DNA of 32,000 nt from contig NZ_CP113116.1 of the NCBI RefSeq assembly GCF_026625985.1, forward strand, positions 3,651,073 to 3,683,072. Direction: 5' to 3'. Below, piece after piece: positions 8,721 through 18,622 of the stretch. Position numbers and translations under genes: made by a program. Within the stretch, counting starts at the first letter, position 1, and every line of letters starts with the position of its first letter. The notes beneath the pieces were generated by a model, which saw only the letters and a list, made by a program, of their open reading frames with translations, searched no databases and was not told the DNA's origin. The stretch is from Mycobacterium sp. Aquia_213 (GTDB taxonomy: Bacteria > Actinomycetota > Actinomycetes > Mycobacteriales > Mycobacteriaceae).

Positions 8721-9809
8721 ATGTTGCCGGATTTCGTGCTATTGCCGCCGGAAATCAATTCCGCGCGCATGTATGCCGGACCGCGCTCGGGAACTATCTG
8801 GGCAGCGGCGGCGGCCTGGGACGCATTGGCCGCTCAGCTGGCGGCAACGGCAAGCGCCTTCCAGTCGACGGTGTCGACGCTGACCGGCGGGGCGTGGCAG
8901 GGTCCGGCGTCGATGACGATGGCCTCGGCGGCCGCCCCGTATGTGCAGTGGTTGACCGGCACGTCGGCAAAGGCAGAGCTGGTGGCCGTCCAGGCCCGGG
9001 TATCGGCGGGTGCGTTCGAAACGGCGTTCACCGCCACGGTGCCCCCCGAGGTCGTCGCGGCCAATCGCGCCCTGCTGATGACGCTGATCGCGACCAACAT
9101 CCTGGGGCAGAACACCGCGGCGATCGCGGCGACCGAGGCCGAGTACACCGAAATGTGGGCCCAGGATGTGGCGGCCATGACGGGCTACGACGCCGGCACC
9201 ACCGCGGCCCAGGCCGGATGGACACCGTTCAGCGAGCCGCCGCTGACCCTGACGAGCCTGCCCACCCCGACGTACACGTCGTTCCTCGAGCAGCTGATCA
9301 ACTCCGTGGTCAATTCGCTGGCCCAGCAGCTGACGAACCCGATGTCGCAGCTGCAGATGCTCTCGACGCCCGCCCAGTTCGCGATGCAACCCATGCAAAT
9401 GGCGATGGGCCAGCTCATGTCCGGCGCCAATCCCCTGATGAGCGCTGCCGCCGGCGTCCCGGCGATCGATCCGGTGCTGGCGTCCACGGTCAGTCCGGGG
9501 GTGGGCGGTGGCGCGAGCGCGGCGCAGCTCACCGGCAGCGTGGCCTCGGCAGGTATGGGCCGGGCCGCCACGATTGGGCCGTTGTCGGTGCCCGCAACCT
9601 GGGCCAATGCCACGCCGGCCGCGCCCCAGGTTCCCGCCGCGACCGGGGTGGCTGGGGTGGCCGGGGCCGCGGCGGGCCCGGTATCGGCGAGTGTGGCCGC
9701 AACGTCGCCGCTGCCCTCGATGAACGTGCCCGGGCGATTGATGAGTGCCGTCACTCCGGCGGTCGCCGCGTCCCGCAAGGGTCTGGTGCCCCGCCCGGTG
9801 CTGGACTAG
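8721..9809 (+). CDS. PPE family protein, SVP subfamily (362 aa)
   Basis: N-terminus [21 protein letters not shown] with a WxG motif (GAWQGP). The conserved 180-aa PPE domain is present ([15 protein letters not shown]). The C-terminal [10 protein letters not shown] matches the GxxSVPxxW motif. Confidence 0.92.
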   Translation: MLPDFVLLPPEINSARMYAGPRSGTIWAAAAAWDALAAQLAATASAFQSTVSTLTGGAWQGPASMTMASAAAPYVQWLTGTSAKAELVAVQARVSAGAFETAFTATVPPEVVAANRALLMTLIATNILGQNTAAIAATEAEYTEMWAQDVAAMTGYDAGTTAAQAGWTPFSEPPLTLTSLPTPTYTSFLEQLINSVVNSLAQQLTNPMSQLQMLSTPAQFAMQPMQMAMGQLMSGANPLMSAAAGVPAIDPVLASTVSPGVGGGASAAQLTGSVASAGMGRAATIGPLSVPATWANATPAAPQVPAATGVAGVAGAAAGPVSASVAATSPLPSMNVPGRLMSAVTPAVAASRKGLVPRPVLD

Positions 9810-9822
9810 CCAGGGCCGCCCG

Positions 9823-11022
9823 ATGGCATACGTGATCACCGACCCCGACGCGATGGCCACGGCAGCCGACGAGTTGCAGAACATCGGTGCGTCGCTCGAA
9901 GCGACGAACGCGGCCGCGGCGGCTCCGACGACGGGAGTGCTAGCGCCGGCTACGGATTCGGTATCGGTGCGCACCGCGGCATTCCTGGACGCGCAGGCGG
10001 CGCAGTATCAGGCGCTCAGCCAGCAGGCGGAACTGTTCCACAGCCAGTTCGTGCAGACCCTGATCGCCGCGAAGAACGCCTATGCCGAAACCGAGGTGTC
10101 CAACGCGGCCGCCATGCAGTCGACGTCGGGCCAAAACATCGCGCTGATCATGGGCGGCACCGGGAACCCGTCACCGGATCTCAACTACATGACGTCCATC
10201 GAACAGGCCTACCTCGCCCAGAACTACTCCGGCTACACCCTGATGAGTCTGCAAACGCCCGAACAGTTTTGGCCGGTGACCGGCATCAATGACGTCACCT
10301 TCGGCAGGTCTGTCTACCAAGGCTTCGCGATACTGAACAACGCGATACTCGAGCAAACCAATCTCGGCAATCACGTTGTCGTGGTTGGGTATTCGCAGAG
10401 CGCGACGATAGCGAGCCTGGAAATGCGCTATCTGCAGGCACTTCCGGCCATCCTACAGCCGCGTTCGGACTTACTGAACTTCATGTTGCTGGCCAACCCG
10501 AACAATCCGATGGGCGGCATTCTGACGCACTTCATCCCCGGCTTCGGTACGTTTAACTGGCCGACACCGCTCACGACGTCCTATGCGACCTCGATTTTCA
10601 CCTTGCAATACGACGCCGTCGCCGACTTCCCGATGCACCCGTTATGGCTTCCGTCGGACGTCAACGCGCTGTTCGGCTTCCTGAACCTGCACGGCACTGT
10701 GCCGTACCTGCCCGCGGCACAAGTCGCCAATGCCATCCCGAGCCAGATCGGCAACCTGAGCTTCTACTTCATGCCGACCGCGCAGCTACCGCTGCTGGAT
10801 CCGCTGCGGATGCTGCCCATCCTGGGAAATCCGTTGGCCGACTTGCTGCAGCCGTTCCTCAAGCCGATCGTCGACCTGGGCTACGCGCCCGGGTTCCTGC
10901 CGGCGCTCAACCCGGTCAGTGTTGCCGGCTACGTCAGTCAGGGTGCCGCGGCCGGAATCACGAACCCGCTGGTTGCCGGACTACCACCGCTGGCCTCCAA
11001 CGCCATCGCGAGCGGGTTCTAA
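9823..11022 (+). CDS. PE family protein with C-terminal PE-PPE (alpha/beta serine hydrolase) domain (399 aa)
   Basis: The N-terminus MAYVITDPDAMATAADELQNIGASL is a PE helix-turn-helix with Pro-Asp in place of Pro-Glu. The YxxxE secretion motif YAETE starts at residue 87 (10081..10095). The C-terminal domain begins IALIMGGTGNP, has the nucleophile elbow GYSQS (10387..10401), and has candidate Asp (QYDAVAD) and His (LNLHG). Confidence 0.9.
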   Translation: MAYVITDPDAMATAADELQNIGASLEATNAAAAAPTTGVLAPATDSVSVRTAAFLDAQAAQYQALSQQAELFHSQFVQTLIAAKNAYAETEVSNAAAMQSTSGQNIALIMGGTGNPSPDLNYMTSIEQAYLAQNYSGYTLMSLQTPEQFWPVTGINDVTFGRSVYQGFAILNNAILEQTNLGNHVVVVGYSQSATIASLEMRYLQALPAILQPRSDLLNFMLLANPNNPMGGILTHFIPGFGTFNWPTPLTTSYATSIFTLQYDAVADFPMHPLWLPSDVNALFGFLNLHGTVPYLPAAQVANAIPSQIGNLSFYFMPTAQLPLLDPLRMLPILGNPLADLLQPFLKPIVDLGYAPGFLPALNPVSVAGYVSQGAAAGITNPLVAGLPPLASNAIASGF

Positions 11023-11023
11023 C

Positions 11024-12064
11024 TCAGCGGATGGACTGCAGCTGGGGCAACCGGCCGGGTGCGTCGTTGTCGGCCACCGCGATCGCGTCGCCAAGCAGTT
11101 CGGACAACTGGCGCGGGTACACGGTCTGTCCCGCGGCCACCAACTCGGCGATGTCGTTGGCGTCGCACCAGCGGTGACAGTGGATGTAGCGACGTTCCAG
11201 CTCGGTTCGGCCCGTGCAGACCGGCTCGAAGCGCGTAGCGCGCCGCACGAAGAAGAACTCCTCGCTGTCGATCAGGGCGCCGTTGAATTCGAAGACCTCG
11301 TCGCGTCGCCAGATCGGCCCGAGCATCTCGGCCGCTGCCACCTGTAAACCGGTCTCTTCGGCCAACTCTCGCGCGGCGGCCACGGCCAACCGTTCGCCCG
11401 GGCGCACCTCCCCACCGACGGTGAACCACCACCGCGGCGCCGATTCCTCGATCGCCGGATCCGAGCCGCAGAGCAACAGGACCGCGCCGGTCTCATCGAG
11501 CAACACCACCCGCGCCGAGGTCCGGTGTTTGGGCACCCCATGACCGGTGTACGCCAACGCGTGCGGTCGCTCAACGATCTCGAAATAGCTTGGCAGCGCG
11601 GCTGTTCCGCCAAGCCGAAGGGCGCGCACCGGGCGCCGTGCGCCCAGCGCGAGGGTGTCGCGGACCGCGTCGTTGTGGAATCGGCGGGCCAGCAACACCC
11701 GGGCCTCGGCGTCGGACCACTCGGCGATGAGACCGGCCGGCAGCGCCGCCGGGTCGACCATCGCCAGTGCCGCCGACAGCTCGTTTTCGGCGTTCTCCCG
11801 GGATTGACGGGGCGCCCGCTCGGCGGCGTCGGCCAAAGCGGCCAGCCGTCGGCCTTCGGCGGAGCCACCGTAAGCGTCGATCGCCACGGCACGCGCGACG
11901 ACCGCACGCCGCGCCAGCGCGCTGTCGAGGGCCTGCCAGGACAGGTCGTAGCGAATGTTCAGTCGGTTCAGTCGGTGCGCTGTCTGCAGCGCCCAGACGC
12001 CGACCGCCGCCAATACGAGGATCAGCACGATCAGCAGGGTGATGACGAGAAGCGGCCAAGCCAT
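11024..12064 (-). CDS. Membrane-anchored Nudix hydrolase (Rv2609c-like)
   Basis: N-terminal TM helix (WPLLVITLLIVLILVLAAVGVW) plus a LemA-like helical region. The C-terminal Nudix box GEVRPGERLAVAAARELAEETGL fits Gx5Ex7REUxEExGU. The ATG overlaps the pimA stop by 1 nt. Confidence 0.9.
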   Translation of the reverse strand: MAWPLLVITLLIVLILVLAAVGVWALQTAHRLNRLNIRYDLSWQALDSALARRAVVARAVAIDAYGGSAEGRRLAALADAAERAPRQSRENAENELSAALAMVDPAALPAGLIAEWSDAEARVLLARRFHNDAVRDTLALGARRPVRALRLGGTAALPSYFEIVERPHALAYTGHGVPKHRTSARVVLLDETGAVLLLCGSDPAIEESAPRWWFTVGGEVRPGERLAVAAARELAEETGLQVAAAEMLGPIWRRDEVFEFNGALIDSEEFFFVRRATRFEPVCTGRTELERRYIHCHRWCDANDIAELVAAGQTVYPRQLSELLGDAIAVADNDAPGRLPQLQSIR

Positions 12065-13188
12065 CAGCCGGCCACCTTGACCTTGACGCCCGAGCCGGCG
12101 ACCGTCTCGTACACCCGCATGATCTGGCTGGCCACCACCGGCCAGTCGTAGCGGGCGACCGCTTCGCGGGCCGCGGCCACGTAACGTTCACGCAGCGCGT
12201 CGTTTTCGAGCATCTCGATCAGCCCGTCGGCCAGTCCGACGGCATCGCCGACCGGCACCAGCCGTCCGGCGTCGCCGTCGCGCAGCACGCGGCGGAACGC
12301 ATCCAGGTCGCTGGCCACCACCGGCGTACCCGCGGCCATCGCCTCCACCAGGACGATGCCGAAACTCTCGCCGCCGATGTTGGGCGCGCAGTAGACGTCC
12401 GCACTGCGCATCGCCGACGCCTTTCCGGCATCGTCAACCTGACCGAGGAAGCACATATGCTTCGCCAAAGATCCTGCTTCCGAACGCAATTCATCCTTGT
12501 CACCGTGGCCGACGATCAGCACCTGCAGGTCCGGAAAGCGTTCCACCACCCGCGGTAACGCCTCGAGCAGCACCTCCATGCCCTTGCGCGACTCGTCGAA
12601 GCGGCCCAAGAACAGCACCGTCTTGCCGGGCCGCGGATACCCGTCGAACCGGGGCGCCGAGGCCAGTGCGGCGACGTCGACCCCGTTGGGTATCTCGACC
12701 GCGTCGGTCCCGAGCGCCTCCATTTGCCAGCGCCGGGCCAGGTCGGACACCGCGATGCGGCCGACGATCTTTTCTTGCATGGGCCGCAGCAGGCCTTGAA
12801 AGACCGACAGCGTCAGCGATTTGGTGGTCGAGGTGTGAAAGGTGGCCACGATCGGGCCTTCGGCGATGTTCAGGGCCAGCATCGACAGGCTCGGCGCGTT
12901 GGGTTCGTGCAGGTGCAGGACGTCGAAAGCGCCTTCGGCAAGCCACTTCTTGACCTTGCGGTGGGTCGCCGGGCCGAACCGGAGCCGGGCCACCGAGCCG
13001 TTGTAAGGAATCGCGACGGCCTTGCCGGCGGAGACGACGTACTCGGGCAGCACGGCGTGCGGCGACGCCGGAGCCAGCACACTGACCTCATGCCCTTGGT
13101 CGCGCAACACCTCGGCCAGCTGCAAGACGTGCGACTGCACCCCGCCCGGCACGTCGAACGAGTAGGGACAGACCATCCCGATCCGCAT
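12064..13188 (-). CDS. pimA: Phosphatidylinositol alpha-mannosyltransferase PimA (GT4)
   Basis: MRIGMVCPYSFDVPGGVQSHVLQLAE...GGESFGIVLVEAMAAG is near-identical to Mtb PimA. The start at 13188 gives 374 aa. The track ORF extension to 13551 is an overlap artefact. Confidence 0.93.
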   Translation of the reverse strand: MRIGMVCPYSFDVPGGVQSHVLQLAEVLRDQGHEVSVLAPASPHAVLPEYVVSAGKAVAIPYNGSVARLRFGPATHRKVKKWLAEGAFDVLHLHEPNAPSLSMLALNIAEGPIVATFHTSTTKSLTLSVFQGLLRPMQEKIVGRIAVSDLARRWQMEALGTDAVEIPNGVDVAALASAPRFDGYPRPGKTVLFLGRFDESRKGMEVLLEALPRVVERFPDLQVLIVGHGDKDELRSEAGSLAKHMCFLGQVDDAGKASAMRSADVYCAPNIGGESFGIVLVEAMAAGTPVVASDLDAFRRVLRDGDAGRLVPVGDAVGLADGLIEMLENDALRERYVAAAREAVARYDWPVVASQIMRVYETVAGSGVKVKVAG

Positions 13189-14138
13189 CAGGCTTCCTTC
13201 AGCCAGGTGCGTCTGTCCTCGGAGAGGTCGGCCAGCCACTGCGGCTGCAGCATGTGCCAATCCTCGGGGTGGGCGGCGATGTTCTTGGTGAAATGATCGG
13301 CCAGCAACTGGGTGACGGTTCTGACATCCCCGCTGGAACAGTCCAGCGGCGGGGAAATGGAGACGGGCCAGCCGTCCGGCTCGTTCCAGCAATGCGCCGC
13401 GCACAGCGCCGCCCCGGTTTCGATCGCGAGCTTCGCCGGCCCGGCCGGCATCCGGGTGGGTTCGCCGAAGAAATCGACTTCGACACCGGTGCGGGTGAGA
13501 TCGCGCTCGGCCATCAGGCACACCACCCGGTTGGCTCGCAGCCGCTCGCACAACACCTCGAAGGGGGGCCGGTCGCCGCCGGACAACGGCAGCACTTCAA
13601 AGCCGAGGCTTTCCCGATAGGCGATGAAACGCCGGTACAGCGACTCGGGTTTGAGTCGTTCCGCGACAGTGGTGAAGGTGCCGCGGGTCTGCGCCAGCCA
13701 CACCCCGGCCATGTCCCAGTTGCCGCTGTGCGGAAGGGCGAGCACCACTCCCCGGCCCGCGGCCAAGGCCGCGTCGATATTGTCGGCCCCCCGGAACGTC
13801 TCGTCGATCCGACGTGCCAGCACCCGGTGGTCCATCGTCGGCAGCCGGAAAGCCTCGCGCCAGTAGCGGCCGTAGGACGCCAGCGAGGCCCGCATCAGCG
13901 TGTCCGGCACCTGCGCGGGCGACACCCCGATGACCCTGGCCAGGTTCTTGCGCAGCTGGTCAGGGCCGCCGTTGCGCGCCGCGTAGCGGGCGCCGGCGTC
14001 GAATACGTTGCGCGCGGCGAACTCCGGTACCGTTCGCACCGCCATCCAGCCGGCGGCATAGGCCCAGTCACTCGCGGTCCTGGTCAACAGGTCGCGCGGC
14101 GCCGTGAGGGCCTTCAGGCCGGCTGGAGTGGAGATCAC
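13188..14138 (-). CDS. patA: Phosphatidylinositol mannoside acyltransferase (PatA, Rv2611c-like, 316 aa)
   Basis: The LPLAT family Hx4D motif is present (LPHSGNWD), and the sequence is colinear with Mtb PatA (TRTASDWAYAAGWMAVR...WHMLQPQWLADL). The GTG at 14138 overlaps the pgsA stop (GTGA). Confidence 0.9.
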   Translation of the reverse strand: MISTPAGLKALTAPRDLLTRTASDWAYAAGWMAVRTVPEFAARNVFDAGARYAARNGGPDQLRKNLARVIGVSPAQVPDTLMRASLASYGRYWREAFRLPTMDHRVLARRIDETFRGADNIDAALAAGRGVVLALPHSGNWDMAGVWLAQTRGTFTTVAERLKPESLYRRFIAYRESLGFEVLPLSGGDRPPFEVLCERLRANRVVCLMAERDLTRTGVEVDFFGEPTRMPAGPAKLAIETGAALCAAHCWNEPDGWPVSISPPLDCSSGDVRTVTQLLADHFTKNIAAHPEDWHMLQPQWLADLSEDRRTWLKEA

Positions 14139-14800
14139 GGCGTGCCCGCTTCGCTGCTGCCCGGACTGGGCGGTAAGGGTTCGGCCGCGCCGGGCGACGT
14201 CCGCACCCTGTGCAACCGCTGCAGGCAGGTGACCACGCTGGCCGCCGCCAGCACCCACATCGCCACCGGCAGCGCCGGCGGCCAGGCGATGAACGGAAAG
14301 TCCGACACACCGGCGCCACCCAGCACGATGATCAGCCGCTCCGGTCGTTCGATGATGCCGCCGTCACCGCACAGCCCGCTGGCCTCGGCCCGGGCCTTGA
14401 TATAGGAGATCACCTGGGAGGTGACCAGGCAGATCAATGTCGCTGCCGCCAGCGGTTTGTCGTGCAGGCCAAAGACAATCCACCACAGCAGCCCGCCGAA
14501 CACCGCGCCGTCGCTGATGCGGTCGCATGACGCGTCCAGCACCGCACCGAAGCGGGTGCCACCGCCCCGCTCCCGCGCCATCGCGCCGTCGAGCATGTCG
14601 AATACCGCGAAGAACCAGACCACGCATGCGCCGGCGAACAGCTTGCCCATCGGGAAGAGCGTCAGCGCCCCCGCCACCGAGGCAACGGTGCCCAGGACGG
14701 TGACCGCATCCGGGGTGAGACCGATTCGCAGCGCCGCCCTGGCTGCCGGAGTGGTGAGCCGGGCGAACGCGGCCCGAGACAGGAAGGGCGCCTTACTCAC
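14135..14800 (-). CDS. pgsA: CDP-diacylglycerol--inositol 3-phosphatidyltransferase (PI-phosphate synthase PgsA1)
   Basis: The CDP-alcohol phosphatidyltransferase motif DGAMARERGGGTRFGAVLDASCDRISD is present in a polytopic membrane protein. The GTG start overlaps the HIT gene stop (GTGA). Confidence 0.92.
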   Translation of the reverse strand: MSKAPFLSRAAFARLTTPAARAALRIGLTPDAVTVLGTVASVAGALTLFPMGKLFAGACVVWFFAVFDMLDGAMARERGGGTRFGAVLDASCDRISDGAVFGGLLWWIVFGLHDKPLAAATLICLVTSQVISYIKARAEASGLCGDGGIIERPERLIIVLGGAGVSDFPFIAWPPALPVAMWVLAAASVVTCLQRLHRVRTSPGAAEPLPPSPGSSEAGTP

Positions 14801-15369
14801 GACTGTTTAGCCCACTCCGTCGCGAGCAGCTGACGCGTTTCACGCAGCAACTGCGGGATCACCTTCGCGCCGCCGACGATCGTGATGAAGTTTGCGTCTC
14901 CGCCCCAGCGCGGCACCACATGCACATGCAAATGTTCGGCCAGCGACCCGCCCGCCGATGTCCCCAAATTCAGGCCGACGTTGAAGCCGTGCGGCCGCGA
15001 CACGTTCTTGATCACCCGAATCGCCTTCTGGATGAAGGCCATTAGCTCCGCACTCTCGGCGTCGGTCAGGTCTTCGATCTCAGACAGCCGCCGGTAGGGC
15101 ACCACCATCAGGTGCCCGGGGTTGTACGGGTAGAGGTTGAGCACGGCGTAGACGAGTTCACCGCGCGCGACCACCAAACCCTCTTCGTCGGGCAGTTGCG
15201 GAATGTCGGTGAACGGCTCCTCGGCTTTGCCGTTGTCGCGCTTCGTCGGCGCCTCGGCCAGATACGTCATCCGGTACGGGGTCCACAACCGCTGCAGGTG
15301 GTCAGCCTCGCCGACACCCCTGTCGAGAATGGTGTCCTCGCCGCGATCGGCGCTGTCCTGCTCACCCAC
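14797..15369 (-). CDS. HIT family protein (Rv2613c-like Ap4A phosphorylase type)
   Basis: Histidine triad [10 protein letters not shown] with an [10 protein letters not shown] nucleotide-binding region. The GTG start at 15369 overlaps the thrS 3' end by 8 nt. Confidence 0.9.
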   Translation of the reverse strand: MGEQDSADRGEDTILDRGVGEADHLQRLWTPYRMTYLAEAPTKRDNGKAEEPFTDIPQLPDEEGLVVARGELVYAVLNLYPYNPGHLMVVPYRRLSEIEDLTDAESAELMAFIQKAIRVIKNVSRPHGFNVGLNLGTSAGGSLAEHLHVHVVPRWGGDANFITIVGGAKVIPQLLRETRQLLATEWAKQS

Positions 15370-17428
15370 CGCCGGCTACCTTCACCAGTTCTTGTGTGGG
15401 AGCGGCGTTCTCGCGGTCCGCGATCCACTTCACGATGGTATCGATCGCAGCGTCGAGCGGCACGCCGTTGATCTGGCTGCGGTCACCGAAGCGAAAGCTG
15501 ATCGCCCCGCCCTCGACGTCGCGGTCACCGGCCAGCAACATGAACGGGACGTGCTGGTTGGTGTGGTTCACGATCTTCTTGGCCATCCGGTCGTCGCTGG
15601 TGTCGACCTCGACCCGGACACCTCGCGACCTCAGTTGCGCGGCAACATCTTTCAGGTAACCCGCGTGTTCGTCCGCGACCGGGATGCCGACCACCTGAAC
15701 CGGCGCCAGCCACGCCGGAAAGGCCCCGGCATAGTGCTCGGTGAGAATGCCGAAGAACCGCTCGATGGACCCGAACAGCGCCCGGTGGATGAGCACCGGC
15801 CGCTGCCGGGTGCCGTCGGACGCGGTGTATTCCAGCTCGAATCGGTCCGGCATGTTGAAGTCGAGCTGAATGGTCGACATCTGCCAGCTGCGCCCCAGCG
15901 CATCCTTGACCTGCACCGAGATCTTCGGGCCGTAGAACGCCGCACCACCGGGGTCGGGAACGAAATGCAACCCGGAAGCCAAGGCGACCTCCCGCAGGAC
16001 TTCGGTGGCCTCGTCCCACATCTCGTCGGAGCCGGAGTACTTCTCCGGGTCTTTGGTGGACAACTCCAGGTAGAAGTCGTTGAGCCCGTAGTCGGCCAGC
16101 AAGTCGAGCACGAACCGCAGCAGCGAGGTCAGCTCGTCACGCATCTGCTCTCGCGTGCAGTAGATGTGGGCGTCGTCCTGAGTCATGCCGCGCACCCGGG
16201 TCAGCCCATGTACCACGCCCGACTTCTCGTAGCGGTACACGCTGCCGAACTCGAAGAGCCGCAACGGAAGCTCGCGGTAGGAGCGGCCGCGTGACCGATA
16301 GATCAGGTGGTGCATCGGGCAGTTCATCGGCTTGAGGTAGTAGTCCTGCCCGGGCTTGCGCACCGTCCCGTCCGCGTTGAACTCCGCATCCAGGTGCATC
16401 GGCGGGTACATGCCGTCGGCGTACCACTCGAGGTGACCCGACGTGATGTACAGCTGCTCCTTGGTGATGTGCGGGGTGTTGACGAACTCGTACCCGGCCT
16501 CGATGTGCTTGCGCCGCGAGTACTCTTCCAGCTCGCGGCGGATGATGCCGCCCTTGGGGTGGAAAACCGCCAGGCCGGAACCGATTTCGTCGGGGAAGCT
16601 GAACAGGTCCAGCTCGACGCCCAGCTTGCGATGGTCGCGCCGCTGCGCCTCCTCGAGCAGCTCCAGGTGCTTGTCGAGCGCCTCCTGCGACTCCCAGGCG
16701 GTGCCGTAGATGCGCTGCAGGCTGGCGTTGCTCTGGTCGCCGCGCCAGTAGGCGGCCGAACTGCGGGTGAGCTTGAACGCCGGGATGTGCTTGGTGGTCG
16801 GAATATGCGGACCGCGACACAGGTCACCCCAGACCCGTTCGCGGGTACGGGGATTGAGGTTGTCATAGGCGGTGAGTTCGTCGCCGCCGACCTCCATTAT
16901 CTCGGCCATCGTGTCGGTTCCGATGGACTTGTCGTCGACGAGTTCGAGCTTGTAGGGCTCGCTGGCCAGTTCCTGGCGCGCCGCATCCTTGGATTCGTAG
17001 ACCCGCCGGTCGAAGAGCTGGCCGTCCTTGACGATCTGGCGCATCCGCTTTTCCAGCTTGGCCAGGTCTTCTGGAGTGAACGGCTCCGCCACGTCGAAGT
17101 CGTAGTAGAAGCCGTCCGCGATGGGCGGCCCGATGCCCAATTTGGCCTGCGGGAACAGGTTTTGTACGGCCTGGGCCAGCACGTGTGCGGCCGAATGCCG
17201 GATGACGCTGCGGCCCTCGTCGGTGTTGGCCGCGACCGGGACCACCTCGGCGTCGGTGTCGGGCGCCCAGCTCAGGTCGCGCAGCTTGCCGTCGGCGTCG
17301 CGCACCACCACGATCGCGTCGGGGGTACCCCGGCGCGGCAACCCCGCCTCCCCGACCGCCGCGGCCGCGGTAGTCCCGGCAGGAACCCGGATGGGGGCTG
17401 CTGGGACGGACTGTGCGGAGGCGCTCAT
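15362..17428 (-). CDS. thrS: Threonine--tRNA ligase
   Basis: The 688-aa protein has a TGS-like N-terminus, an editing domain ([11 protein letters not shown]), class II core motifs (FRGDQ.., YRYEKSG, GAFYGPKI) and an anticodon-binding C-terminus. GGAGA SD lies 9 nt before the ATG. Confidence 0.97.
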   Translation of the reverse strand: MSASAQSVPAAPIRVPAGTTAAAAVGEAGLPRRGTPDAIVVVRDADGKLRDLSWAPDTDAEVVPVAANTDEGRSVIRHSAAHVLAQAVQNLFPQAKLGIGPPIADGFYYDFDVAEPFTPEDLAKLEKRMRQIVKDGQLFDRRVYESKDAARQELASEPYKLELVDDKSIGTDTMAEIMEVGGDELTAYDNLNPRTRERVWGDLCRGPHIPTTKHIPAFKLTRSSAAYWRGDQSNASLQRIYGTAWESQEALDKHLELLEEAQRRDHRKLGVELDLFSFPDEIGSGLAVFHPKGGIIRRELEEYSRRKHIEAGYEFVNTPHITKEQLYITSGHLEWYADGMYPPMHLDAEFNADGTVRKPGQDYYLKPMNCPMHHLIYRSRGRSYRELPLRLFEFGSVYRYEKSGVVHGLTRVRGMTQDDAHIYCTREQMRDELTSLLRFVLDLLADYGLNDFYLELSTKDPEKYSGSDEMWDEATEVLREVALASGLHFVPDPGGAAFYGPKISVQVKDALGRSWQMSTIQLDFNMPDRFELEYTASDGTRQRPVLIHRALFGSIERFFGILTEHYAGAFPAWLAPVQVVGIPVADEHAGYLKDVAAQLRSRGVRVEVDTSDDRMAKKIVNHTNQHVPFMLLAGDRDVEGGAISFRFGDRSQINGVPLDAAIDTIVKWIADRENAAPTQELVKVAGGG

Positions 17429-17767
17429 CGGGTTGGTCTCCAGGGTTTCTGCGGGAATAGATCAGTGATTAATCGATGCCATGCTATCGGGGCGCGCCCC
17501 GACAGGCCCAAGCCGTTACGGCACCGGACTTTCCCGCCGGCACGCATGATCGCTCGGCCGACCCCGCCCCGCGGCGATCCGATCGAACCCCTGCCACCAC
17601 TTCGCGTTGCCCGGACGCCATCTTGGTGTGCGCTGGCAGTCACCTTCTGTTCATCTAAGTAGGTTGCCCGGCAACGGTATTCGGCCGACCTTGTCCCCCA
17701 ATCGGTGACGCAATTCCAACCCATTGGCGGATTCCGCGCCGGGCTCGGTCTTCCTAGCCTTATCGCC

Positions 17768-18622
17768 ATGGCCACCGCCAGCGTCACCAGGTCTGTCGAT
17801 CCTCGGCAGGGAGTTTCGATCGCGTACCAGATCAGCCCCGGTCCGTGCGCTGACTGTTCGGAATGGCTGGTGCTGGTCCACGGCACCTTGCAATCCAAGG
17901 CCGTGTGGGAGCGCTTCGGATATATCGATGAGCTGACCCGGCATTTCAACGTCGTGACCATCGATGTGCTGGGCCACGGACAAAGCAGCAAGCCGCATTT
18001 TTCGGCGCTCTACGACACGACGTTTCTCGCGCTCGACATTTGTGCGGTGTTGGACGATATCGCGATCCAGTCCGCCCACTACATCGGATACTCGCTGGGC
18101 GGCAGAATCGGCTTGGCGATGGCGATGCTTCATCCGGAACGGATTCGTTCGCTGGTAGTCGTCGGATCGTCGCATTACCCTCAGCACGACCTCGTTGACA
18201 GGTTCTTCTGCCGTGGCGCGATCGAAATCCTCGAGACCGACGGAATGCGTGCCTTCGTTGCTCAATGGCAAGAGGCACACGATTTCGTACTGAGCGCCAA
18301 AAGCCTCGACCGCTTGGCCGGTCACGATCCCCTGGCACTCGCCGCCTACCTGCGCTCCTGCCAGTCGGAGTCGGGCATCGACCAGCACCAACTGTCGGCG
18401 ATCAAGATTCCCACGCTCATCTGCGTCGGCACCGACGACACTTTTCGTTTCGACGAATCAGTCGAACTGGCGAAACTCATTCCCGGCGCGGAGTTTTACG
18501 CACTCGCGGGCAAAGACCACGGTCAAACGATAACGGCGGGCGCGCCCGAACTTCTCGCACAACTGACCATGTTCTTCGGTGCGCGATACGCCGATGTCGA
18601 GGCCACCGGATGGGCCGCCTGA
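17768..18622 (+). CDS. Alpha/beta hydrolase fold protein (284 aa)
   Basis: The sequence has LVLVHGT (oxyanion HG), the nucleophile elbow GYSLGG, a late Asp (GTDD) and His (KDHG). I chose the start at ATG 17768; the track ORF begins at 17705. Codon usage is visibly richer in A/T-ending codons than in the neighbours. Confidence 0.85.
   Translation: MATASVTRSVDPRQGVSIAYQISPGPCADCSEWLVLVHGTLQSKAVWERFGYIDELTRHFNVVTIDVLGHGQSSKPHFSALYDTTFLALDICAVLDDIAIQSAHYIGYSLGGRIGLAMAMLHPERIRSLVVVGSSHYPQHDLVDRFFCRGAIEILETDGMRAFVAQWQEAHDFVLSAKSLDRLAGHDPLALAAYLRSCQSESGIDQHQLSAIKIPTLICVGTDDTFRFDESVELAKLIPGAEFYALAGKDHGQTITAGAPELLAQLTMFFGARYADVEATGWAA

Noticed and set aside
8739-9974. A 411-aa antisense ORF opposite the PPE gene. 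Similar long antisense or alternative frames occur at 13254..14405, 15203..16294, 16307..17662, 18477..19733, 27635..28846 and 29834..30982.
   Set aside because: All are Arg/Gly/Pro-rich low-complexity translations opposite genes with strong family signatures. Stop-free antisense frames are expected at this GC content.
12064-13551. The 495-aa track ORF, which suggests a much longer PimA.
   Set aside because: The first 121 aa overlap the patA 3' end and are Arg-rich. PimA homology starts at MRIGMVCPYSF (13188).
17429-17560. A possible T-box or leader-type regulatory RNA in the thrS 5' region.
   Set aside because: There is no T-box consensus (AGGGTGGTACCGCG-like) or specifier-loop architecture. 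Only short palindromes are present, and these are reported under the low-GC finding.
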